A stretch of 28,637 nucleotides of DNA, taken from assembly GCA_051294375.1 (NCBI GenBank), contig CM119271.1, forward strand, positions 9,347,132-9,375,768. Direction: 5' to 3'. Below are positions 1-10,700 of the stretch, piece after piece. A program made the translations under genes and the position numbers. The notes beneath the pieces were generated by a model. The model searched no databases. It was not told the origin of the DNA and was given only the letters and a program-made list of their open reading frames with translations. Source of the DNA: Paraspadella gotoi. Its lineage: Eukaryota; Animalia; Chaetognatha. The number at the start of each line of letters is the position of its first letter. Position 1 is the stretch's first letter.

Positions 1-1462
1 GAGAGGGATGTAGCTTCGTTTCGACTTCATCATAATATAAATTCGATTAAATGAGAAAAAAGGGGGCGGGCGGGGGAAGGGGATCACCGGGTACGGGGAT
101 CATGGAGGGTATTAGGGGACTGGGAATCTGGGCATCGTAGAAATAAAGGGGCTGGGGATTTGTGGAGAACGAGACTGGGGATTTGTGTAGAAAATGGGAT
201 TGACGAAGTGGAAGCAAGTTTTATAAAGAAAATTGTTTTTCGGAAGATTAAGGAAAAAAAACAATTTACTTTTTTTTATTACTATTTAGTTGTTGCCAAT
301 TTGATTGGCTTGAAAATAACTTTTGGAGAATACTGTTTATCTATCTACCGTTTAATACTAATCAATGTGCATTATGATTTTTAAAAATATTTTTTTATCT
401 CCATTTTTTTGTTTCATTCGTTTATTTACACTTTTTTGTTTTCGTTTTAAAAGAAAAAAATATAAAAAAAACCTGGGGGGTTCGAACGTCGCGTCATTAT
501 TTTTAATGTCTTCTCTTCTCTTTTGTTTTGATGATGCGATCGTTTCTTCTTTGCCTTTCGGCTCATCGTCTTCTCCTCTCTCTCGCGTCTCTCTCTCTCT
601 CATTCTTCTCTCTCTCTCCTCGTGCATCTCTCGGTCTCTCTCTCCTCTCTCTCTCCTTGACTTGGAATGAAGGCGTTCTTCTCTTTAGTGTCTCCATCTG
701 GTTCTCCTCTTTTTCAGATAAACTGTTATCTCTCTCTCCTGCTACTCCCTTCTCTCTCACTCCCGACTCTCTTCTGCCTCTCTCTCTCTCTCTTCGGCCA
801 CTTCCTTTCTCTCTCTTCTTCTTCCTCCTCTTCTCTTATCTTACTCATCTGTCCGGGTCCATTTGCTATTTTTATTCCAATATTTTTCTGTAATTTTTTT
901 TTCTTTTCCAGAATCTCGATTTCCAATTCTAACGCCTTTCCTTCTCCCCCTCCTTCCCCCCCTACCTTCCCACCCCCAGCCCCCCCCCCCAAACCCATTT
1001 CGTATTCCTCACGTCAAAACTGTGATGCTTCGGCTTATGCTTCACTCGTGAGAAAAACTGTGATGCAAGCTGCAATTTTTTTTTTTCCTTTTTTTTTTTT
1101 TGAGAAAAAGACCCTTAATTTAGAAAAGTCATTGCATACGAAATTGTTATTTTTAAAGCTTCTCCCAAAAAAGAAAACAAACGCGTCAAAAAGATGGAAA
1201 CGAAAAAAATAAGTTTCAAATTACCATTTCAAAGTCACATGTTTTTTTTCACAGTAAATTCTTTTTTTCCCCTTGGATATTTTGATTTTTGACTTTTGGT
1301 CCGGAGACTGCTTGATTTTCGAATTAAACTATGAAAATAGAAAAGTGCGTTTTCGTAAACGACGATATGAAAACGCAGTTGAGGAAAGGAAAATATTTAA
1401 AACAATTAATCATAAAACAAATCTCGGTCCTCAATCTTTTGACATTTCCCGCGGAAAGAGAG

Positions 1463-1502
<40 letters not shown>

Positions 1503-2602
1503 AGAGAGAAGAGAGAGAAAGAGAGAGAGAGAGATGAGAGAGAGAGAGAAAAATCCCGGAGGAAAAATAAAAAAACGTCTCCCGCCAAAAGCTCAGAGGA
1601 AAACGGTTGATGTAGAAGAGGAAAAGGATTGAAAATGATATGACAGGCAACGGGAAAATACGAGTAAACAACGATACGATTTGACAGTAAGACCTGGTTA
1701 TGGTGACTTTTCTAGAACTCCCAGTGAGCGATCTCTCTCTCCCTCTCCCTCTCCCTCTCTCTCTCTCATTGCCACTACCAGTCACTGCTGTTCATCCTCC
1801 TCCTCCTCCTCCTCCTCTTCTCTAAAAACCTCCAAAAGAATCGCTTCGTTCTCGTGAGAATTGCTTTCAGCCCATGGAACTTTATGAAATATGATGTNNN
1901 NNNNNNNNNNNNNNNNNNNNNNNNNNNNNNNNNNNNNNNNNNNNNNNNNNNNNNNNNNNNNNNNNNNNNNNNNNNNNNNNNNNNNNNNNNNNNNNNNNNN
2001 NNNNNNNNNNNNNNNNNNNNNNNNNNNNNNNNNNNNNGAGAGCGAAAGATAGATAGAAAAAGAGAGAAAGACAGAGACAGAGAGAGATCGGAATTCATCC
2101 GGAATCGAGGGTTGGAAAATATTTTTTTTCCTCTCTCTCTCTCCCTTATTCGTCGGATGTATATTTTTTTTTCTCCTTGGGATTTCTGAGAAATGCTGCC
2201 GGAAATCCGGGAATCCCGGTTATCTCTCTCCGGAATCTTTTGGAATCATGGAAGCTCCTTTTTTTNNNNNNNNNNNNNNNNNNNNNNNNNNNNNNNNNNN
2301 NNNNNNNNNNNNNNNNNNNNNNNNNNNNNNNNNNNNNNNNNNNNNNNNNNNNNNNNNNNNNNNNNNNNNNNNNNNNNNNNNNNNNNNNNNNNNNNNNNNN
2401 NNNNNNNNNNNNNNNNNNNNNNNNNNNNNNNNNNNNNNNNNNNNNNNNNNNNNNNNNNNNNNNNNNNNNNNNNNNNNNNNNNNNNNNNNNNNNNNNNNGA
2501 AAAAAAAGGAAGAAATAATAGCTTTGTAAAATATTTTTTGTAGGAAATATTAAAATACAAACATAATATGACAGTAGTGTTTGAATTTTAAAATTTTTTT
2601 AT

Positions 2603-2745
2603 TTAATTATAAATGTAAGGGCGTAGGATGAGCTTGGATCTCAGGGGGGCCTGGAACCTGCATAAAAAATTAGTGGAGGGGCCCGCCGTTTCTCTACACG
2701 CCTCAGGGGACTCGGGTGTATTTTGGAAGGGCAGTTGGGTCCGCA
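2603..2745 (-). CDS. Possible terminal exon (TQLPFQNTPESPEACRETAGPSTNFLCRFQAPLRSKLILRPYIYN*)
   Basis: GC-rich island within ORF 2603-2986, with AATAAA immediately after the stop on the minus strand. No clear acceptor. Confidence 0.25.
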
Positions 2746-2967
2746 ACGTCACCGAGGAAAAAAAAAATCCTTTGGGAACGGACTCTGTCTCTGTCTCTGT
2801 CTCTGTCAAGTTTATTCTATAAAAAAACAACTTTTCCCCACGACGACTCAACATTGGCTTATATTCCACGCTTAGTTTAACTTGAAGTCGTTCGAATTTT
2901 TTGACGTCGTTATATATTATATATTCGCTTGTAATTTTTGTTTTGTTTTGTAAAATGGAACTTAGCC

Positions 2968-3175
2968 TTTTATGAAATTGGTACAACCGATATAAAAATT
3001 ATCCATTCATTCGATAAATAAGCCATTTTTCTCGAAACTTTGGTCAAGTCTTTCATGAACACCCATTGTATTTGGCTTCCCTATCAATGAAGTGGTAGAA
3101 TGTTTCTTTAACCGTTTAAATTGTATAAAATCACCACTCTCTCGAGTATTAGCTCGATGTTACGTTATTGTACTC
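2968..3175 (+). mobile_element. Diverged, internally deleted copy of the same dispersed repeat
   Basis: Shares TATGAAATTGGTACAACC.ATATAAAAATTATCCATTCATT, TGGCTTCCCTATCA.TGAAGTGGTA.AAT and ACCACTC...AGTATTAG.TCG...ATTGTACTC with the minus strand of 21112-21459. Confidence 0.75.
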
Positions 3176-3695
3176 ATCGCTATTTAACCAAACGTTTTAA
3201 TTTAACAGCGTAAGCCCCTGTGAACATTCTCATAAGTCTGACAAATCGTTACGTGTGACACAAACGTCCCTACCTTAACCCTCATCTCATTAACGCGTCC
3301 CATCGCGAAACTTCCCAGCGAAATTGCGAAAACTCTAATTTTTCGCAAAAAAAAACCAATTTCGTTTTATAGTAGTATTATAGTAGTATATGTATCGAGA
3401 CGATTCGGGTTTTTAGCGCCGCAGCCTCTGATGAAAAAAAAACCAAACGACTTTTTTCCGTTTTTAAATTGTTCTCCCCCCCGCCGAGCCGAGGGAGAGA
3501 ATTCGAATTGAGGGGGGGGGTTACATTTAGTCCCGAAAATAAAAGGGAATTTCGCGAATCGACGGAGCGAGGATAAATGGGGTATGGAAGGAGGGGGCAG
3601 GGGGGAGAAGAGGGTCGGGAAGGGTGGGCAGTTAGTTTTGGAGGTGATAGAGTAAGTGGATGAGTAAGTCGTTATAATAAAGGATTTAAATATAC

Positions 3696-3900
3696 TGGAT
3701 TCAAAATGGGACTGGATGCGGGCTCAAAGTGTCCCTGGCTCGGCAACCGGAGACCCCGGTAAGGGCAAACAGACTCCCCGGGTAAGGCAGAGTCACCGTT
3801 CGGGCAGGAAAACTCTTTTGAGCGAATAATTTGCGCCGCTGCCGCCGAAGCGTCGGTGTAATTTGCGCGAAATCCGAAGGAAAGCAGTCGGCCGTGATCC
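3696..3900 (-). CDS. Putative gene B exon (DHGRLLSFGFRANY...EPASSPILNP, or ITADCFPSDFAQITPTLRRQRRKLF...)
   Basis: Acceptor ttcgtctcccag|G; about 200 nt of GC-rich, non-repetitive sequence open in two frames (part of ORF 3672-3956); possible donor CCA|GTATAT. Confidence 0.45.
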
Positions 3901-4029
3901 CTGGGAGACGAAGGTGCTCTCTCTCTCTCGACGGCTTCTTCTTGGCGTTTCTTCATGCAAATTTTAATTCCGCAAAGAAAATCGACGACTTACTCGCAGA
4001 CGAGAGAGAGAGAGAGAGTGTGCACATAC

Positions 4030-4202
4030 GGGTGCTTTGTCCAGGCCCCTCTGGGGGTGGGGTCCGGGCTGGGATGCGCCCAAGACCGGCTGGAGAGCTA
4101 CTCGCACGTCGGAGACGGGCGTCGCACTGTCATCGACAGCCGAACATGAACGCCACCTGGGCACTACGGGAGCCGGGCGCCAAGGGGCCTACGAGCGGAC
4201 TG
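4030..4202 (-). CDS. Putative GC-rich gene B exon, frame ambiguous
   Basis: Acceptors tctctcccag| (4202) or ctcgtag| (4188); donor CCC|GTATGT. A sharply bounded GC-rich island between (GA)n tracts. From the 4202 acceptor every frame has at least one stop. Confidence 0.45.
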
Positions 4203-4285
4203 CTGGGAGAGACGAGAGGGAGGAAGGGGATGCGAAAGAGAGAAGACGAGAGAAGGAGAGNNNNNNNNNNNNNNNNNNNNNNNNN

Positions 4286-4321
<36 letters not shown>

Positions 4322-4603
4322 CTTATTCTTAACACGCGCTTGTAAACGCAGAATCGATGAATATGTGAGAGAATCGAGGGTGAGCGATCAAGGTAAATTC
4401 GTTTCACGAAGATTGAAAGACGTCGAGTGAAAAATAAACGCAATGTCACAATAAACAAAGTACTGAGCAGTTCACACGTAGGCTATTGATTTTTTTACTA
4501 GTGAAAAAAAATTGAATTCTTATGGCAACAACGCATGAGTTTTTAGCTAATGAACGTCACGTGATCATTGCTTTGCAGATCGAAAGAAGAAAAGGACTCA
4601 TAC

Positions 4604-4655
4604 GAATTGCAATAACACCTTCATTTGGACCATTGTCATTTGCGGACTGGCAAAA
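4604..4655 (-). CDS. Putative gene B exon (FCQSANDNGPNEGVIAI)
   Basis: Strong acceptor ctctctcag|T, donor C|GTATGA, open in phase 0 as the preceding exon requires. Confidence 0.35.
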
Positions 4656-5394
4656 CTGAGAGAGATGAGAGANNNNNNNNNNNNNNNNNNNNNNNNNNNN
4701 NNNNNNNNNNNNNNNNNNNNNNNNNNNNNNNNNNNNNNNNNNNNNNNNNNNNNNNNNNNNNNNNNNNNNNNNNNNNNNNNNNNNNNNNNNNNNNNNNNNN
4801 NNNNNNNNNNNNNNNNNNNNNNNNNNNNNNNNNNNNNNNNNNNNNNNNNNNNNNNNNNNNNNNNNNNNNNNNNNNNNNNNNNNNNNNNNNNNNNNNNNNN
4901 NNNNNNNNNNNNNNNNNNNNNNNNNNNNNNNNNNNNNNNNNNNNNNNNNNNNNNNNNNNNNNNNNNNNNNNNNNNNNNNNNNNNNNNNNNNNNNNNNNNN
5001 NNNNNNNNNNNNNNNNNNNNNNNNNNNNNNNNNNNNNNNNNNNNNNNNNNNNNNNNNNNNNNNNNNNNNNNNNNNNNNNNNNNNNNNNNNNNNNNNNNNN
5101 NNNNNCTCTCTCTCTCTTTCTTTTTCTTTTTCTCCCACCTCTCACTCTCTCTCGGGCGTTCTCCCTTCCTTTTTTTCCCTTCCAGGTTCACCCTTAGAGT
5201 CTTTCACCCCTGCATACCACCCCAGTTTTTCACCACCCATCCTCCCGAGAATCATCTTTTAGTTACGCTCCTGCTTTTTCTCTCCAGAGTTTTTTTTTCA
5301 CCAAGGTTCTTTCGGTTGCTGGATTCCAGGTCACGAGAACTTCTCTCTCTCCCCCTCTCTCTCTTCAATATCAGGCGCAAGGAAAAAAATAAGC

Positions 5395-5446
5395 CTGGTG
5401 TTGCGAATCAGGCCTGGCGATGCAGGCGGGCTGGATATATTCAGTC
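5395..5446 (-). CDS. Putative gene B exon (TEYIQPACIARPDSQHQ; alternative frame LNISSPPASPG)
   Basis: Acceptor cccctaccag|G; GC-rich island; the donor would be a weak GC type (CAG|GCTTAT). Copy 2 at 12979-13028. Confidence 0.3.
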
Positions 5447-5748
5447 CTGGTAGGGGATTGTTTTTGGAAAATATATTTTACAGAAAGTTAAACAATATTA
5501 CGTATATTACGCATTGCACATGAAAGCTCACACTGTTATCGGGGTACGCGCAAAAGTTTACAACTTATTTGCAAACTCGTTGCTGTGTTTCATGTTTCGC
5601 ATCTGTTTTTGATTGGTTACTCGTTGCGAAGGCCATAATAAGGAAAGAAAAAAATGGAAAAAAAAAATCGAAAAGAAAAGAAAAGAAAGGAAAAAAAGAA
5701 AGGATAAAAGAAAATCAAAGCGAAGAAAATCTAAGCACAGAAGAGCAA

Positions 5749-5852
5749 ATAAGATAAGATAAGATAAGATAAGATAAGATAAGATAAGATAAGATAAGAT
5801 AAGATAAGATAAGATAAGATAAGATAAGATAAGATAAGATAATATAAGATAA
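5749..5852. repeat. (AAGAT)n pentanucleotide microsatellite, about 20 units (copy at about 13332-13411)
   Basis: Seen directly. Confidence 0.97.
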
Positions 5853-6222
5853 GAGAAAAGATAAAAAATACTAACAAAAAAATAAATAAATGTGAAGAAA
5901 AAGGGAAAACCTGTTAAAAATGCAACCTCGAGAAAGAAAAGAGAAAAAAGCTCACAACATGGCGGCCGGCGAGTGAATTCTATGAGGAATACAGGTTTTC
6001 TCACGCGCCCCCCCCCTCTCTCTACTCCCGCCCTCTTCAACAAAAAAAAAAAAAAAAAGGAAAAGCGCAAGGTTTTTTTCCGACTCTTCCTTCGCCTTGT
6101 CAGACAAAATTGAGTACACGCGAAAATATGCAAAAGTTTCTTTGCGAAAAGTTGTTTTTTTTTTTACGACTAATCAAGAGAAACGTTCTTTTTTTTTTTA
6201 ATTTTTTTTTTCATCGGCACAC

Positions 6223-6282
6223 CTGGTAAAGATTGCTAGGGCAGCTGCCAACTCGATTATATCGCTTCGCTTGTCATATTCT
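6223..6282 (-). CDS. Putative gene B exon (EYDKRSDIIELAAALAIFT in copy 1)
   Basis: Acceptor gtcgttag|A, donor CAG|GTGTGC, 60 nt, open in the phase left by the previous exon. Copy 2 (13782-13839) differs internally, so the frame is uncertain. Confidence 0.35.
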
Positions 6283-6672
6283 CTAACGACGACCAAGCAA
6301 AGTCGAAGGCCATAAAACGCCATAAACAATGAATCGATTCGAGAAGTTTATTGATTCATTATTTACTCTTTATCATTGTTCATTATCTGGCAGGAAAGCT
6401 TGGCGCTGACGATGATACCTTAGTGAATTAAAACTCTTGTAGTAAAAAAAAAAAGAACAGATTCAGTATGTACGTATTTGTTTTGTACAGATCGGTTACA
6501 GACGGTTACAATGTTTGCTCGCGAACCGACCAGTTATGAAAGAGGCGTCCGTCCCTTCGGACTTTTTTTTTTTAAGCCGCGCATAAATCAGAATGCAGAT
6601 GACGTCGGTTCTTGGTCGTTGGTGGAAACAAAGATGGTGGACGAACGAAAGAGAGGAAGAGTGGAAAGAGAC

Positions 6673-6740
6673 GAGGATAGAAAGAGAAATGAGGATGGAA
6701 AGAGAAAGAAATGAGGATGGAAAGAGAAAGAAATGAGGAT
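6673..6740. repeat. 22-bp minisatellite GAGGATGGAAAGAGAAAGAAAT, about 3 units
   Basis: Seen directly; degenerate copy at about 14228-14297. Confidence 0.85.
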
Positions 6741-7218
6741 TAAAAGTAAAACATAAATCGGTCGGTGAATCGTGGAAAGAAGAAAGAGAGAGAAGAAATG
6801 ATAAGTAAATAGCAGATCTTTATTATTGATTTTTTAAAATTTATTATTATTTTAAAGAGGGATAATTATAAAGTGAATTAAGTGAAATTAACGTTGATGG
6901 CGATCACTGTGCAAAGGGACATTTGCAAGAGAGGAAATTTATTGCATGTTAAATAGCCGAGACGAAATTAAAAAAAAAAAAGAAATATACCTCAATCGTA
7001 TATCTATCAATATAGCTATATACAACAACAACGACAAACGACAACAACGACAACGATGATCATTTATCAAGTTAACCACCCGACCTCGGGTCAACTTTAT
7101 TAATCAATATTAAATATATATATAAATATTAATATCTTTTTTAAAATGAATCAAGAAAAAGAAAAATAGGGAAACTTTAAAAAAAAATGGAAAAGATGCG
7201 CAGAGAGAGAGAAGCGAC

Positions 7219-7260
7219 CTTGGCGCCAAAGCATTGGACGATGCCATCACCATCTACCGT
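7219..7260 (-). CDS. Putative gene B exon containing a candidate start (MVMASSNALAP)
   Basis: Acceptor ttttccattgcag|A; ATG at 7253; weak donor AAG|GTCGCT. A complex island between repeats. The copy-2 equivalent (14765-14803) has indels. Confidence 0.35.
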
Positions 7261-7298
7261 CTGCAATGGAAAACCGATATGATGGAGGTTTTTTTTTG

Positions 7299-7399
<101 letters not shown>

Positions 7400-7930
7400 T
7401 TTTTATGCATATAACGATTTTTTTTCTTCTGTTAGTTTTACCCGTTTTTTTTATACTTTATAACTGATATAGAAAATTCGATAAATTTTCTTGGTATTTT
7501 ATTACATTTAATTAATATTAAGTTTTATTAAAACTTGTATTTTACTTTAGTTTAATTCTGCTTCAGACAACCAAAAAAAAAGAGAATTTTATCGGCGCCA
7601 GAAAGATGAAATCCGTCTTAAAAGAAATTTGTTTTTATTTCAATAATATATGAGTTAAAGTAATTATGTACAACAAATGTTAACAAAAATATTTTTAATT
7701 AAAAAAGTTCGTTCGCGATCATGTCATTCAATTTAGTTATATACATACAAACGATAAACATTTTTAAACAAGTTTCCTCGTCTCGCCACACATGAGAATC
7801 CAAGGAATTAAGCACGAACTCTCATTTCCTGTCAGAGAGAGAGAGAGAGAGNNNNNNNNNNAGAGAGAGATAAAAGAGAAGAGAACTTGAGATAAAAACT
7901 TAATAGTGAAGGCTTTAAATTGTTTCAACT

Positions 7931-7962
<32 letters not shown>

Positions 7963-8475
7963 ATCAGTTCCGATGCAACTGAGACTAGGCGCTTTTTATT
8001 CTCTGCGCTACGCTCTCTCTCGACGGAAGGCTGATAAATTTACGACGAGCGCGCTACGTAGATGAAAACTGCACGTCGCGTAGCGTAAAATCATCAGAAG
8101 AAATATATAAAGAATTATATTGCCTAATATATCCGAAACAAATAATACCATGAAATTATAAATACAAGAAATCTTTTGTTTTTGTCAAAAAGGCTGCACA
8201 TTTAAACTAAGACTCTAACGTCTCCCACTCAGTTTCAGTTCGAGATATTCAAAGCGCACAGAGCAGATGGAATAGGAATTGGTCTTTGTAGTCGTTGCTT
8301 TTGTTTGCCAACTCTTGCAGTCGTCGTTGCTTTCAATCGCCGACGTTTTAAAGTGTCGTCGTCGTCGTTGTTGTTGTTGCTGTGCCAAAACTAAAAAAGA
8401 AACAAAAAAATAAAAGAAGAAACAAAATGCTTTTCCATAAATATTTAATCTTTGTGGAGGTGTCATTTAAGAAAC

Positions 8476-8537
<62 letters not shown>

Positions 8538-9274
8538 ATGAAAATGGTTTGATATAGAGGGCATTAACGACGAATGGCTCAACAACGAGGCGCGACGGTA
8601 ATAAATTCTCGATATTTAATTTCGTTATTGTTAACGACGTATATTTTTTTTCTTAGTCTCAATTTATTGCGCCGACTTTCCCTATCGTAAATTAATAAGC
8701 CTTAGTATAAATTGAAAAGGCGGTCGGTGATCCATGCGTTACAAAATTGCGGCAACACGATGGAACCTATGTATGTAGTACTATTATAATAATTATACTA
8801 CTTATTTTTTCTTTTATCCGTGGATGTTCTCGGTTCATTCTCAAGTCGCCAAGACTTAATCCAAGATAAATCGTTTATATCGATATCGGTTACGTACAAT
8901 TTTATTTCATAGTTGTTAGTTTCATCCGGGTCTTGACTCCTATGCTACTTACATCCGGGGTTTTGCAGTTGATTTCTTTACGGATTTTCTTAGTATTTCA
9001 TTTACATTCGGAAATTCGTAGTATTTCATGAATCTCCATACATCCTGGGCGTTTTGAGCCATCTAGTTATTTCCGGATATATTCTTTCTTAATCGGTTAA
9101 ATCCGAGTTTTCTTTGTTTTTCAGCCACATCCGGGCGTCATTATATCTTTTTATTCACATCCGCCATCTTTCTCTCTCTTTAGGTTTGTTTTCATCAGTT
9201 TCCCCCGGCGTCGTGGGCCAGAGACGCAGGTGGCGCCGCGTTTTGGCATTAAGGCGCCGTCGTTTCTTAATCTA

Positions 9275-9551
9275 GTCGTCGTCGTTGTCTTTGTCGTCCC
9301 TGTCATCTTCATCCTTGTTTTCGTCGTCGATGCCATCCTAATTGTCGTCATTGTCATTGTCGTCGTCGTCTTTATTCTCATCTTCTTTCTCATCTTTGTC
9401 ATCATCGTTGTCATCAATGTCATCACATTCTAGTTATCGTCATCACGGTCGTCGTCTACGTCATCTTCGTTCTTGTTTTGGTCGTCGTCCTCGTCGTCGT
9501 CGTTTTCGTCATCGTCTTTATCGTCGTCGTCATCGTCATCGTCATCGTCGT
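9275..9551. repeat. Degenerate (TCG/TCA)n low-complexity tract (similar at 16692-16963 and 27169-27467)
   Basis: Seen directly; explains the poly-S/V/R ORFs. Confidence 0.9.
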
Positions 9552-9613
9552 CTCCTCCGCCCCGACGCAGCCCCGACGCAGCGGCGCGCGACCGCCTTAC
9601 CCTTCGAACTCAC

Positions 9614-9655
9614 CCACGAAATTCAAAAACTCTGATTAGTCTTCGTCTTTGGACT
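9614..9655 (-). other. Putative non-coding first exon (5' UTR) of gene B
   Basis: Runs from the Inr to donor TGG|GTGAGT (G at 9613), with an alternative donor AGG|GTAAGG 13 nt further (G at 9600). No ATG inside. Confidence 0.55.
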
Positions 9656-9870
9656 GAAGGTCGAAGCGAAATCGAGGAAAACGTGGAGAAGGGAAAAGTG
9701 GCAACTGATTGGCTCAGTGATTGGTAAAAAGGTTGGCGCGTTGATTGGTTCATTGGATGGCGCAGTTAGTTTAACGTTAGATCGCGTTACAGATCGGTGC
9801 AATGATTGGCTGACGCTATTATTGACTGTCGAAAGGAAAGATCGTCAGAGTTGTCAATCATTGATTGGCG
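9655..9870 (-). promoter_or_regulatory. Putative Pol II promoter of gene B: CCAAT (NF-Y) box cluster plus Inr
   Basis: Six ATTGG on + (CCAAT on -) at 9708, 9720, 9744, 9752, 9805 and 9864; five have the full TGATTGG (CCAATCA) context. Inr-like TCAGTC on - at 9657-9652, followed about 40 nt later by a consensus splice donor. Confidence 0.7.
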
Positions 9871-10074
9871 ATTGATGAATTAGGACGAAATAAAGAGAAA
9901 GAGAAGGAAAATGGCAAAAATGGGAAGCTGGCGTGGCGTAAAATGGCGCAACAGAAATGGAACAGAAAAAAAACTGCAGCAGCCGAATGTAAAACGACAC
10001 TTAACTGATAGCCAAAGTGGCTGGGTAAAAAAAGTGAGAGCAGGATAGAAAATGAGATACTTAAAATAAGATGG

Positions 10075-10161
<87 letters not shown>

Positions 10162-10318
10162 AGTTATAAACACGGACAGAAAATCAGTCAGAATGAGAAA
10201 AGTTGTAACCGCAACTCTGATATTCATTTAAAAGGATTTAACCTGAGCCAAATCCATACACAAATAAATATAGACTGACGGATATACGTACAGACAGACA
10301 CGCGGCAAAGGCACGCGC

Positions 10319-10369
10319 TCAAGGCGACCGGAACCGAGCGTGCGACACGAGGGATGATCGCGTCTCCAG
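10319..10369 (-). CDS. Duplicate of the putative gene A last exon
   Basis: Same sequence as 18023-18073. Confidence 0.25.
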   Translation of the reverse strand: METRSSLVSHARFRSP

Positions 10370-10429
10370 CTAAAAACAAATTGAGGCCAAAATTCCAAAA
10401 CCTCGAAGTCAGGAGGTTCAACTCAATTT

Positions 10430-10506
<77 letters not shown>

Positions 10507-10645
10507 CTCTCGAAGCAGAAAATCGACAAAACTACTAGAGGGTAGAAAATAAAAATTAGTTTTTCTCTCTCGTTTTTTTTTCTGAAACGAAAAAGGTAAT
10601 TAAAAAAATGCTTGACTAGAAAATTGCTCTACGTAAATTGGGTGG

Positions 10646-10700
10646 TGATGATGATGATGATGACGATGATGATGATGATGATGACGATGATGATGATGAT
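10646..10700. repeat. (GAT)n microsatellite (copy at about 18379-18433)
   Basis: Seen directly. Confidence 0.95.

Noticed and set aside
1016-1067. AAAACTGTGATGC repeated twice, as a possible C/D snoRNA
   Set aside because: No proper C box with a paired D box and terminal stem; likely a small local duplication.
358-1785. Long ORFs rich in ER/SL dipeptides (also at 7177-7463, 14822-15043 and 19133-19730)
   Set aside because: They are translations of (GA)n/(TC)n microsatellites, which contain no stop codons.
3707-3900. RNase P/MRP or other structured ncRNA on the + strand
   Set aside because: I could not find the conserved CR-I/CR-V motifs in proper form; a minus-strand exon with an acceptor explains the GC-rich island better.
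4557-5453. ORFs of up to 262 aa here and at 26693-28611
   Set aside because: Their length comes from runs of N.
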